Assembly (NCBI GenBank): GCA_026914245.1
Contig: CP110439.1
Span: 2,976,001 to 3,040,000, forward strand
DNA from: Puccinia triticina
Taxonomy: Eukaryota
DNA length: 64,000 bases
Direction: 5' to 3'
The notes below the pieces were generated by a model. It did no database searches, was not told the DNA's origin, and saw only the letters and a program-made list of their open reading frames with translations. Below, one piece after another: positions 1-12,600 of the stretch; the stretch's first letter is position 1, and each line of letters starts with the position of its first letter. A program made the translations under genes and the position numbers.

Positions 1-102
1 TGAAAAAATAGGGGGGTTCACAATTGAAATTTACAAAACTTTGGGACAAATTTTAAGGTGTTTATGAACATTTTTTAAAAAAATTGATAGATTGCACTGA
101 TT

Positions 103-951
103 AGGGGGGTTCACAATTGAATTATTTAAAACTTTGGAGGTCAATTTAAGACCTTTATGAACATAATTTTAAAATTTTGGCAAGATGTCCAGCAAAAGGT
201 GGGACTGATCAATCAGTGCAACTTATCAACTTTTTAAAAATATGTTCATAAACAGGTTAAAATGCAAGCTTAAATAGGCCTCCAGGCGGGAGCGGGAGCG
301 AGCAGCGGAGCTGTCCACACCAGTGGAGGCCTATACCGTAAGTCGGGATTCCCGCATGATGAGTTTTTTGATTTCGCGGGAAAACCCTCTTTTTTGACTT
401 CCTCCTCCTGTACCCGCTTCCTTGATCCTATCCACCTAATCTCCTTGGCAGACAATGAAGGCCTGCTTCTTGTCTTTCTTTTGGTGTTATGTATCATGTT
501 GTACTGGTCCTCACTGATTTTATAATTATTTTTGAAAACTGTCTTTTTTCAGCTCCTGAGGACTTGTTTTGGTGTGTTGAACCGCTCGTTTGAGCAGAAA
601 AAAGTTCAAAGTGTGATTTTATAAAAATCATTATAAAATCACAAGGTTATGTAGTTTTCGAGTTTGGGTTGGATGAACAGGAAGATGCAGCTCTTCCATA
701 AACTCTGCTCAGACATCCTCAAAGTTTTGAGGACATTGTGTAATTTGAGGCTGAAGTTTTCTCCCACCAAAAGGTGGGAAACTCATCACACAGGTTTGCC
801 GACCTAAGGCGCAAGTCCCCCCTGTGGGGGGGTTTGCTTCGCAAACCAACCAGCCAGCCAAATGGCTGGCGCACCCCGCAGCAGGGGACTTGTGTTAAGT
901 TTGGTTAAAATGGGTCCTAAAGTTTTACAAATTTCAATTGTGAACCCCCCT
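103..951. mobile_element. Second copy of the same MITE, inverted, inserted in the centre of the outer copy
   Basis: Same TIR; TSD ATT (100-102, 952-954); its arms are the reverse complement of the outer copy's arms. Confidence 0.75.
265..903. mobile_element. Non-autonomous DNA element with 9-bp TSD (Mutator-like)
   Basis: TSD GTTAAAATG (256-264, 904-912); ends CAAGCTTAA...TTAAGTTTG; subterminal hairpin at 831-847. Confidence 0.65.
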
Positions 952-1686
952 ATTGATCAGTATCACCTGCTGCTGTGCATTTTCCCAAAATTTTAAAACT
1001 TTGTTCATAAAGGCCTTAAATTTGGCTCCAAATTTTAGTAAAATTCAATTGTGAACCCCCCTAATATGTATCTACCATCCAAACACTCACTCCAGAATCC
1101 AAATAGAGCAATATTTCTACAATGGTACATAAAAAATCATCACTTGCAAGTCTTATGATTTTATGTATTAAAAATTTGTGATTTCAACTTTGAACTACAG
1201 CATATCCCAGGAGGCTTTTGGGAATCACTCACATTTACAAGATTTTTTTACACCACCATAATCTTCAGCCTTGCATCCTGTACAAATAGCTATGCAGGAT
1301 GTGAAATGGCTGCTGAGGTCCAATGGCAGCATCCATGACCTGCTTGCCTTGGTCAATGCCTTCCTGTGGTGAGCCCACCACCCCAGGTCCAATTAACTCT
1401 CCAAACTTGAATCTCAAAATTGTAAAAGTTACAATCTATGCATAGGGATGGTCAGGCACTGTCTGAGATTTGTTGTGACATGTATGTAGTTCTTGACTAC
1501 TACAACTGTCACAGCACTCTTGATCTGTGTGATTTTCTTACTGTGTAATAAAAGCATTGATTCTCCCAAGCTCACTCTCCAACAAGATTCTACCAAAAAC
1601 TATACGGGTACCTGGGTATCAGAAATTTTCACTCACTCACATAAATACAGCTGAACTTCAACGTAACCAGGATTGTACTGGATTAC

Positions 1687-2527
1687 TGTCAGCCTTAGAG
1701 TCAACACAGTTGACCTAAAACTGCCTTTTATCTCCATTTTATACCTAAATGTGCTCATATCTTTTTAACCTTAAGACATAAGGTTGTTTTGACTTCAGAT
1801 TCTGATTTCTCATGCAATTTTGACCCTAGTTTTCACTGATCACTTTACAATATCTCTACTCCTTCATAGAGTTTGTGGTTTGTGACACACATGCGCAGCA
1901 GCGCCGTGTAGTCGTGCCTGAGCGCTCCCAACCACATGTACATGTGTGATTATGTCATCCAACTTTGAAAATTTTCGAAGTCAGGATCCCCCATGCAGCT
2001 GGAGGATCCACAGACTTCAGCACACCAGAACCACACCCCAGATAACCCAGGATCACCACCAAAGAGATTACCACACTCTCAGTATACCTACCGTCACAGG
2101 CGCCTAGGATATTGACAGTAAGTAAACTCTTTCTCTGAACCTTGCTTATCCAGAGTGAAACTCTGTTGCTCTTGATTGTTTCTTCTTTTCTTCAACTCTT
2201 TCAATTTTAAAAGATCAAAAGGTTATCTCTGGTTAAGACCTACAAAACCAGAGCAGAGTAGTAACCCTACTTCTGAATCCCACCAACGTTTCCTTGTTGT
2301 GAGTGGAGGCTGTTGCACTCTTTCTTGGCCTTGCACAGCTGGCATCCAACTTTTCCAGGTTGAGAATAGCCCAGATCAATTAATTAAGACTTAAAGTCTA
2401 GGCCTGATCTTCTCTTACTCTCTTTCTTTCTTCTCTCTCTGTTTGTATTTCTTTATCCCAAGAAATCCAACCAGAATCCCCCCATTTTCCTTGTGTCCTG
2501 TTGTCACACAAGAGACACAGGCTCACA
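1687..2527. mobile_element. Solo LTR (841 bp)
   Basis: TG...CA ends, 5-bp TSD ATTAC; homologous along its length to 61664-62755. Confidence 0.85.
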
Positions 2528-2537
2528 ATTACATATA

Positions 2538-3107
2538 CAGTGGGTGCACTATAATTTTTGTTGCACTATATTTTTATTTTTGAGGGTCAAGTCAGGCTGC
2601 TGGGGCTCCAATTTCTTGCTCAAAAGGTCCCAGAGGGCTGATGAAAAGGTTGAAAGAACAATTTCAGTTACATAGCAAGTAGAAGCAAAGATCAAAAATT
2701 ATGAAATTTTCAGCAAATTCCAAGTTCTTGGTTAAATTTCTGAAAAATATGAGAGAAATAGGAGGGGATGGAGAATAATTTGAGAAGGATGAGTAGGAAA
2801 TGGAACTGTGGAAGTCTTTATATTTGTATTTATAGTGTTTTGATCTCTTGACCAACAGATTATTGCCTCAATAGTTAATGCAGATCCAATCTTGAGCCAG
2901 GACCTAATTGTGGTTGGTGGTGATCAAATGTCCATTGCATTGTTTCTGGGGGATTTGTTGAGGTGATTGGGGTGTTGACTGTGTTGATTGTTGACAGAAG
3001 ATGTGAGGTTGCTGGTGGACAGGCAATACACATCCCATGTGAGCCTCAGGTGAACCTGGGGTGTCACCCATTTTCACTCAGCACCAAAAACTTTGGCGCA
3101 CCCACTG
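2538..3107. mobile_element. Non-autonomous Tc1/mariner-like element
   Basis: About 27-bp imperfect TIR starting CAGTGGGTGC, TA on both flanks. Confidence 0.65.
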
Positions 3108-4119
3108 TACAGTGTACACCATGGGTCATGTTTGACTGGGTTCAAATTTCATGAGTTTTTTTGGCCTGACCTTGCCAGCTCTGGAGCGCCAGAAGATAGT
3201 TTTGCGCACTTGGGCTATGAATGGCTGCGGGCTACATAGAGGACAGATTACATGTAGTGTTTTTAAACATTTAAATGTAACTGAATTGTTACTTGTAATT
3301 GAATTGTTACATTTAGCGCTACTCTATTAGACCAGAACCTGGAAATTCTAAAATTACTCAGTGCTTCCATCCACTATCTTTGAAGGCCTTACTCCCAGCT
3401 ACCCTGCTCACCGCGCACAGTACCTCCAAGTAAGTAACCTTCTGGGTAATTCAGAATATCCTTTCTCTCTTATTTCCTAGTCATAATTATGACTTAATCC
3501 CTCTTCTTCCTTTTTTCCCTTTTCCTTTCCTTCCCTCTCATTACGCGCATTGCGCACATATTTACACAACCAAATCTACATTAAAAATACATTACATATG
3601 ATTGGTTTCTTTGTGTTTGGTGGTACAACCTGCAAACCACATGGGCTTCCCCATAAAAATCCTTGGCTAAGTTTCCTTTAGCCCAAAAAATGCGGGCTGA
3701 TTACAGGTTTACCTGAATCAGAACTTCTCCAGTTTCTTTTGAAGAAGAGGCCGAGTGTTACTCAGCTTACATTATCCAACTTTGAGTTGTGATCTGAATC
3801 AAATTCAAGCTTAAAAGCTTATACATAATCATCCTCTATTCTTATTTCTCTTATTATTAAATTTTTATTTCTCTACTTCCTTGAAATTACAACCTCAAGT
3901 TCCCCTAAACCTTTTGTCCGCCCGTCACTTAAGAGACTACAATCCACATGTATCAAAATTTGTGTATTGGATTGCCAATGCATTAAATATTGGTTTTATC
4001 TTTGGGAAGGGGTGTTGGATTCAGCCCAGATTGGCCAGAAAGTGGAACTATTTTTCAATACAATATGTGGTATTGTATCTATTTTTTGCTACAATGCATC
4101 TTATAAAGTTCTAGGCATT

Positions 4120-4298
4120 AGCCCAGTTCACATTGGGCTTTGACTAGCAAGATTTTAATTACAATCATGCACGTTTAATGTCAGCTCTTGCTGAAAGTCG
4201 GACTCCCACGGCCATTTTTAAGTTTTTAAGCTTACTTTTTTATTGATCAGCAACACCAATTTTAGTTGGGCATAAAATGCCCCAATGTGAACCGGGCT
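4120..4298. mobile_element. Harbinger-like MITE
   Basis: TIR AGCCC(A/G)GTTCACATTGGG; 3-bp TSD ATT. Confidence 0.65.
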
Positions 4299-5349
4299 AT
4301 TGGAAAAATAGTACAACACACAGTATTGGACAATACCTGTATTGCATTTTATTTTTTCAATTGATACTCCAGCTAGAAGTTAATCTAGAAATAAAAAATA
4401 AATCCATACACCCAAAGAAAAAAAAATGAAAGGGTCCAACCTTCTTGGAAAAGACAATACATAGAAAACGGGCAAAGGCTGTGTCAACTCCTCTGCTTCA
4501 CTCAGCTTGACTCACCTAGTCCTCCTTCCTTCTTCTCCTTCAATCTCAAACATTGTAGCAACCTCCAACTTCAAGATTCAGCACTTGACTTCAATCCTCA
4601 CCAGCTCCTCACTCACATCCACTCCCCTTTGTCACTCATCTCTCATATCAGTTTTTGCCTCTCCTCTTCTATCCACTTGTTCTTTTTCCTGATTGTTTTC
4701 CTTAACTGTGTTGGCTTGTAATCAATACAAGACCAATTATCTTCATAATGGACCTACATGCCAATTATTCCACAGGTTTTCACAATAAATATGTAAGCCC
4801 CCAGTGAATTTGGGGTTCATACATACATACACACACAGTACTTGAAACGCACCCTCAACCCTTGACAAGCCGATCCCCAGTACAGTTTGGTTGTTATGTG
4901 TTTCAAGTGTGGTGGATGTTTGGAAATTGGGGTGCACCCAAGCTGAGCATGTTACAGCTAACCCAGGAGAGCTTGCAACTTGGCGCGCAAACTCCGAGAC
5001 TTTGTGCCGCAGCGGCCAGACTTGTCCGCAGCTCCAGACATCCGTGCGCGCGGACCGTGCCCGGGGGAACCCGGGGGAGGAGCCTGCAGGAGAGCTGCCT
5101 GCCGCCGACCCAAACCCTGCCTGCCGCCACCACCAACCCACCACCCACCACCGCCGAATCCATCAACCCCGCCACCGCCACCCCCAGTAAAATCAACCCC
5201 AACGGTCCTTTGGAACCATTGTGCCATTGGGGAACAATCCAACACGCGTGAGTTATTTTGGTTTATCATCATCATGTGTGGGCCTTTTCTCACCACGAAC
5301 TAATTTCTATGCCGCAATTGATCATTTCCGTAAAAGTAGCAGGTTCGGG

Positions 5350-7113
5350 ATGGACAATAACTCCCGTTATCGTTCAGTTTCACCGTCCGAATACCGCGAA
5401 TGGTTCCACCACCCACTGACGCCGCCTGCCGACAGACACGTGCCCTCGCTTTTTGATGGCACTGCTCACTTGGTCGCGGATCTCAACCACCGCCGGGACG
5501 CCTTCATACGAAGCCAGCAAAGACCGTCTCACGTCGACCCATCACTCTCGGGCTTACCTCCAGCTTCACCAGCCACCAGCCGATCGAGCGCAGCCACCAG
5601 CCGATCGAGCGACTTGATACTATCTCAATCATTGGCTACCAACTCTCAACAACACAGCCAGGCACTTCCCAATCGTGCAGGATCCACTTCGGGCCGCCCT
5701 GAGGTTCCCATAAGTATCGAGTTCATCCTATTTACGCCCCTTCCCAAACCTCCTGCTGCAAACCCCCGCAAGCGACGAAGCCTAGCTGGTTCCATTGGCC
5801 CCCAATACAATAAAGTCGAATCGGAACCTGGCAAGCTGATGATCAACTGGGACACTCACAACTACGATCTCGAGAGTTTCAAAGCTGCGGCAATCAATGA
5901 GATTGAACACAGCGAAGACGAGGGGCTTGGATTCTTTGCCCGAGCCCAAGCTCTAAAAGGTAACATTGTTTGGAATGCGATTATCCCAAATGGATGCATG
6001 TTTTCAGCAGCCCAAAAAAAAAGAATCGATTCCGATGAGATATTCACCCAGTTCCTCCTGGTTGCCGAGGGCACTCCGGAAAGCCGCCAGATTATATGTC
6101 GCTTGGTCCAGAAAGATCCGATAGTTGTAGCTCAGGTAAGTGGCTTTTTCCTGTCCACCTCAACCCAGTCGGAATGTCTCATTGACCTCATTTTGTGTGA
6201 TATTTTAGAAAGAATCTGCCTACAAACACCTCAGGACCATGCATGCCGGTCCCAGCTCTGAAGAAACTCCATCCGATGGGCCCTCCGCAGGTGCACAGGA
6301 AGCGGCTTCCCTCACGGACTTGGTGCAGCAACTTGGCTGTATCCACGAACCCGCTGAACACCTGACTAGAAGTCACGAGGTCGGCGTGTTCATCAATCCC
6401 GAGAACCCCAACGAGTTTTTCAAGATGACTCCCAAGCGAATTGCTATGTGGGCCAAAGCGATTGTGAGTGTGTTCTATTCCCTTTATTCCCTTGGGATGT
6501 ATGGCTGAGGATCTGATCTGACTGCTCATGAGATTCATAGAAGACCAACCCCGGCCAAGTCACCCTCCGTGTTCCCCCAAAATCGGACAGCTTTCAATTT
6601 CAGACCAAGGAGGATGTACCGCCGCCTCAAGCTCCAGTTCACCCCACACTTCCAGCTCCCGTTTCGGCCGCGTTTCAGTATCCAACAACGTCGGCCGGAT
6701 TCCAATATCCAACACAGTTTGGATTTTCAATGCCTCCGGGAGTGTTCTTGAACCCAATGCAACTGGCCGCCTCGCAACTGGCCGCCTCGAACTCAATGAC
6801 CGGCCCGACCGGCCCCAGCACCCCAGAACATCCCACCCGGGCTTTGTCACCAATAACCCCTCCAAGCGGCGAGGACCACAGCCTCGAGGATTTCCTCGAA
6901 TTTGCACACGTCAATCCAGATTCCCCCGGAGTCATTGAGGGGATTGGAACCCTTGGGATCACTCACTGGACTATGTTCAAGTCCTTCAGTTCTGACGAGC
7001 TTGCCAGCAGAGGTATCCCCGAAGGCCCCGCCCGATCCATTGTCTCATCTGCAAAGAAATATGCGCATCACTTAATGAAGGTTTCTAAAAACCAGGGTTC
7101 TAGAAACCAATAA
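5350..7113 (+). CDS. Second gene of the Tc1 element, about 537 aa, unknown function, possible C-terminal SAM-like helical domain
   Basis: Exons 5350-6135, 6209-6463, 6541-7113 join in frame through GT-AG introns; C-terminus LEDFLEFAHV...GITHWTMFKSFSSDELASRGIPEGPARSI. Confidence 0.8.
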
Positions 7114-7189
7114 GTATCTTACTCCCCCGATCCATTCTTATGTACTCCTTTTCCTTATTGTTTCAAAGTCATCAATACATTGTAGCTCC

Positions 7190-7641
7190 AGCATTCTAGC
7201 CTCCTTCCGACCATCTCTTTATGTAAATTCTAACCTCCTTCCGACCATCTCTTTTTGTAAATAAAACTGGTTAACGTTGTTATAATCAATAGTCCATTTG
7301 AAGGAGCAATCAATAGTCCATTTGATTGGTCCAAGATGAGTTTGCGCATCACATGGGTCTCTTGGAATGGGAGGCTCTTGGAACGGGAGGATCTCAGCAG
7401 ACCCGTTTTCCCAATGAAGTCTCAATCTTGTGGTGGATCTCAGCAGACCCGTTTTCCCAATGAAGTCTCAATCTTGTGGTTAATTACATCCAGAGTCAGA
7501 TAAATATGCAGAAAAACCAAATGTTAAGTCAAAGAATCGAGCACATTGATTACAAAGTAATGTTACAAAGAATTGAGCAAGTTGTTTATCAATACAAAAA
7601 AACGGGCAGCCGGTAGTCAAAAAAACGGGCAGCCGGTAGTC
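7190..7641. repeat. Cluster of short tandem duplications between the two convergent transposon genes
   Basis: CTCCTTCCGACCATCTCTTT x2, AATCAATAGTCCATTTGA x2, about 47-bp unit x2 (7388-7480), AAAAAACGGGCAGCCGGTAGTC x2. Confidence 0.8.
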
Positions 7642-7651
7642 CGGGGATCCA

Positions 7652-8755
7652 TTAATCGGTGTAACCAGACCCTCGGAACAGGCCTCGCATGAGTTCGTCG
7701 GTGAAAACAAGCCTTGCAAAGGCCTCGATTGCCTCCCCATCGGTTTCGCCCCCATCAAGTTCGCCATATTGTCTGAGTGATGATTTTAACACACTAAAAC
7801 CCTTTTCAATTGGGTTCAGGTCGGGGGAGTAGGCCGGAAGATAGATCAGCAGACAGCCGTGATCCTCGACTATGCGGTCGATGTTCCCGTTGTGATGGAT
7901 TTGCGCATTATCCATCACAACGATGCTTTGGGGTCCTGGGTATGGATTCATATTTGGAAGCTTCAAAAAAAAAAGTGGTCAGTTAGGATGCCGCGCGCAG
8001 AATCCATCAAGCTACTCACCAACACATGCTCTAAGTATGTCTCGAAATCGATTCGCTTGACAGTTTCAGACTGTATCATCACTGCAACCAGCCCGCTCAG
8101 GGCCACCGCTGGGATTAAATTGAAGCGGTGGGTAGCCCGCGCTACCGGGAGCCGTGACGTCCTCTCACCCACTTGAGCCCAACCCCGAGTGCGGATCACT
8201 GCATCCAAACATACCCCGCTTTCATCTTTCAGAGAGGGAGGGGGTTAGCTACTATATACAAATAAAAATTCAGAGAGAGAAGAAATAAAACTGACCAGTG
8301 AAGACGAGGCATTCAGGCTCAAAGTTGGCCATCAAAAGGAGGTACTTGGCTCGTTGAGTCCGGTCTTGATTCGGATTTACCTTACGCATAGTTTTTTGAC
8401 TCATTTGGAGGCGTCCATGAAGCTCGTTCGAGATGGTTTGGACTGAGATTTGGAGGTTGCATTCGGTGGATAGTGCCTGCTGAATTTCTTGTAGGTAGAT
8501 CGTTGGGTTGTCGGTGACTAGCTCCAAGAGAAACAATCGTTCTTCTTCACTGAGAGCCAAAGGGCGCCCCCTTTTTTCGTACGTTTCGGGATCGACGACA
8601 ACCGAACGAGTCTTTTCGTATAGAACACACCACCGTCGGAGGGAATCAGAACTAACCTCAGATCCATTTGCCGCGTTGATTTCGGCGAGTGGTTTTCCAT
8701 CAAGGGCTGCCTGAACAACGATGAATTTGAAGGAGGCTGAATACTTGACAAACAT
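7652..8755 (-). CDS. Tc1-like DD34E transposase, about 324 aa
   Basis: Exons 8755-8296, 8225-8020, 7960-7652 join in frame; motifs FTDESG, VVMDNAQIHH, YLPAYSPDLNPIE; 34 residues between second D and E; HTH-like N-terminus. Confidence 0.93.
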
Positions 8756-9603
8756 GGTGTCTAGAGGAGGGATCAGCTTTGTGACATTCAAGGGAAATCA
8801 AATAGGAGCATACCTGTGAGAGAATCCAAGCTGCAATGTCAGTGGCGACTGCTGGGTTTGATGATGGTGGTGGTGGCTGGATTCGACAGCGGCGGTGGAT
8901 GGAATGGACAACGGGGATGGATGAAATTGGTGGCGGTGGCAGGCTGGCGTCGCTCGGCAGTCGATTCGGCGGTGGTGGGTGGTGGGTTGGTGGTGGCGGC
9001 AGGCAGGGTTTGGGTCGGCGGCAGGCAGCTCTCCTGCAGGCTCCTCCCCCGGGTTCCCCCGGGCACGGTCCACGCGCACGGATGTCTGGAGCTGCGGACA
9101 AGTCTGGCCGCTGCGGCACAAAGTCTCGGAGTTTGCGCGCCAAGTTGCAAGCTCTCCTGGGTTAGCTGTACATGCCTGTAAGATGTAAACAAACCCCCAA
9201 CTGACATCCCAAGGGGTGTGTGTAGATCGAGACAAAACCAAATCGTTTTAAATCCCCGATTAAATTGGTTTTATCGTGCCCTTTTCCCATCGAAACTTTT
9301 CCTCGGCCTGGCCAAGCCCCATATCTTCTGTGATCTGCCATATCCTGCAGCAGAGTCAGCCAGTTTTGATCGGTCATCGCTTCCAGACGGTCTTCGGTTG
9401 AATTAGCTTCTCCACTTCCACTGACACCCACACCCCGCTGAGTCTTACCCAGCCCACAAAGCCTTCCTCCTGACCGTCCCCGCCCCCTGGCCTGCTGCCA
9501 TCCTGACCTAACACGCTACACAGCCCTTTCCTCCCCCAGCCGACTTGAGCTCGCCCTCCCTCTTGACCATCCAGCTTCCCTTTCCTCAACTCTCCAAATC
9601 CAA

Positions 9604-12600
9604 ATGGCCGAAGTCACCTCTCGCGGAGGTGGTCTACCTCGTGGTGCTCCTCACCGAACAAGAGGTCGGGGTCGTGGGCGTGGGGCATCCAACTCGGCTC
9701 TCTCGGGCTCTCATTCGGCCGTCGCCAACGGTCTCGAGCACAAGATCAACGGACACGCTTCCCCTCTCGAAAGGTCCTCGGCTGTCGACGAACCCGAAGA
9801 ACTCAAGCTCATCCGAAAAAAGCATGGCCACAACCTTGCAACCATCAAAGAGTTGTTTCCCAATTGGACTGATGAGGACCTACTCATGGCCCTCAACGAG
9901 GCTGCTGGTGACCTAGAGTTGGCAGCTGCTCGCATCAGTGAAGGTCAGTCCTGTCTCTCAAACTTCGTTCGCTCCACTGGGCAACACTGACTGGGTCTTT
10001 CACTATCTCCAGGCCTTGCAGAAAAATGGGGCTCGGTTAAGACGAAAAAAGATAAAAAGACGAGCTCGCCTGTCCTTCCTTCCTCTCGCGGTCATGGCGC
10101 TGCCATTAGCAACCTTGTCGATGGTCGTGGCGGTCGTGGTCGAAGTGGCGAGTGTTTTTTTTTTTTTTTGGCCCCTCTTGCCTCTTCCACATTCATCGTA
10201 CTTGGTGCTTGCTGGCTGATTTTTTTTCTTTCTTTCATTCAGACGTCCCTCGAGGTTCATCGCGCGGTGGCGGACGCGGGGCAGCCCCTCGAGGTACCGG
10301 ACGTGGTCAATCGTCCACAAACCTTGCTCGCGGCATCCATCCTACTGCTGACGACCCGTCAATCGCTACAACAACCCCTTCGAGCTGGAGTTTAGCCGTC
10401 ACCGCGCCTTCTAACGACTGGTCCAATCCGTCTGGTCCGTCCGCCTCGCTGGCTACCATCGGCAACGATTTCGGCCAATCGCTTGACCTGGGATCCACTA
10501 GTCAATCCATTGGCACATTGCCATCTGCGGAGGCTAAGTCTGAAAATAGCCAACCAACTCACGAGGCGAACCAGAATGGCGTAGTCGAACCGCCGAAATT
10601 GATGGCTGAGCTCTCCCAGAAGCCCGCGAGTCGTGTTATAACACCTGGGACTAAAATGAGTTGGGCTCAAATCGCCAGGTTTCGTTATTTTCCTCAATAT
10701 GATTTTCTCTGTGCTTGCCTGACAGTTCTTGTCGCCACAGACCGCTCGACCCACCTAAGCCTCCCGTCGTCCCAGTTGTGCCAGCACAACCATCCATCGC
10801 TATCTTATCCGGGGCCGATGTCAATTCAAATCTCACAAAGAAAGCAGTACCAACGGACACGCTGTCCACCCAAACCGCTGTCGACTCCCCACTACATGAT
10901 GGCCAAGTGTCGATAAGCATCCCGGATGCGACTGCGGACGTGTGGCATACCGAACCAGTACCAGCTATTGAGGAACTGACAGCCAACATTTCTGGCACTG
11001 GTCCCAACGTCTGGAACGACGATCCTGTCCTCCAGCCTCTTGGTGTTGGTGAGGCGTGGGCTGAAGCTGTTCTTGCACAACCGAACGAGAACGCCACTAG
11101 CATTTTCGATCAGCAAGCTGCCAGTAAACTTGTGCTCACTCCTTCTGACGCACCAAACATTGGACCCATCGAGTTGACAACGCCGTCAGTAACAGCTCCA
11201 GTCCTTGAAACTACCATGGCTCAACCGAAAAATGTTACCGATCGCGGCCTTCAAGTACCCGAGCCAGCATCACTTTTATCCACAGGCTCCAATCAGTCCA
11301 ACCCCCCTCCCACCAGCTCCATTCTTGCACCGCCTGGATTGACCAAACGGGCCAGCACGAGAAAGGGCCAAGAAGCTGCAGTTGTCATGCCGGGCAGTGG
11401 AACTCCCACTATGGATAGAATGGGGTTGAAATTTGGCAGTCTCAGCTTGTTTGGTGACACCGCTGAATCGGCCGAAGCGTCACAGGTTCCGGCCCTCGAC
11501 GCACCATCCCCTCCTATACCTGCCATAGAGGAGCCGTTGGTCAAGGAAGCCAGGTATTTAGATTTGCAATTTTTAAATGGTAACCTCCTGGCCAAAAATT
11601 AACAGTTCTGATTATTTAGCATGAAAGGTGATGATAGCCAGATCGAAAAGTCCTTAGCCCCTCAGGCGATTGCCGAGCCAGTCAAGTCACCGAGCCCCCC
11701 AGTGGCCCCTCCAGCGGTGGAAGAGCCTGTAAGTAACATTCTTTTCTTACTTATCAATACGTATCATCTGACTCTTCATGACAGCCGGTGCCTCAACAGC
11801 TTAGTCATCAACCTACACAACCCGTGCAACACGCTCCACCTCAGCCTCTCAACCCACCTGCTGTTACTCCAGTCCAAACGGCAACTTCCCAACCTCATTC
11901 CTCGAGTTTCAACTCGCGATATCAATCTACGAATCAGTATGCTGCCCCAGAGCCCAGTGCAGCCCAACCAGCCAACGCCAGCTCCCAAGCTCCTCAACCA
12001 CAACAGCAGGACGCCTTCTCACATTATTCCGGATTTAGGCAAGACCCTATGGCGGCGTACTTTCAGCAGCAGCAGCAGCAGCAGCAGCAATCAGCCCTCG
12101 CTCAGCACTCGACCAGTCCAGTCCCTGCCAGCCAATCCCCTGCGGCATATGGTACGTTTAATCACATGAATCAGCAAGTGCCACAACAACAAAGTCAGCA
12201 ACCCGCCCAAAGTTCCTTCGGCCAAGCTCCCCAGTCGGTACCGGACTATGCAGCAATTTACGGCCAAGAAGCGCTCAGATCTCTGGTGAGTGGTTTTGTC
12301 ATACCAGGCTGTACCGATATCATTTATTTTGTTAATTATATGACTGTCCGTCGCTGATCCGCCTGGGCTGTAGGGATACTATGACTCGTATGCTCATGCT
12401 CAAGCCGCTCAAGCCGCTTTCCAAAGCCGCTCTCCTCATGGTGGCGCCGATGATTCGTCGAAACCTACGGCTGCGGCCCCAACGGCCCCGCCTCCAAGTC
12501 AGCCACAAGTCGGACATCATCATCCACACCACCCGCCCCAGCAAACTCAACAACAACAACAACAGCCTGCTGGAACATCTGTTAGTACTGCCGCCCAACA

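Larger units (their letters stand above)
10..1062. mobile_element. PIF/Harbinger-like MITE (outer copy, about 200 bp when empty)
   Basis: TIR AGGGGGGTTCACAATTGAA at 10 and its reverse complement ending at 1062; 3-bp TSD AAT (7-9, 1063-1065). Confidence 0.75.
4955..9168. mobile_element. Tc1/IS630-type DNA transposon, 4214 bp, with two convergent genes
   Basis: 206-bp TIRs at 4955-5160 and 8963-9168 (one mismatch seen); TA at 4953-4954 and 9169-9170; encodes a DD34E transposase. Confidence 0.95.

Noticed and set aside
4743..5303. Overlapping ORFs here and at 8700-9241
   Set aside because: By-products of the GC-rich TIRs, mirrored at both ends.
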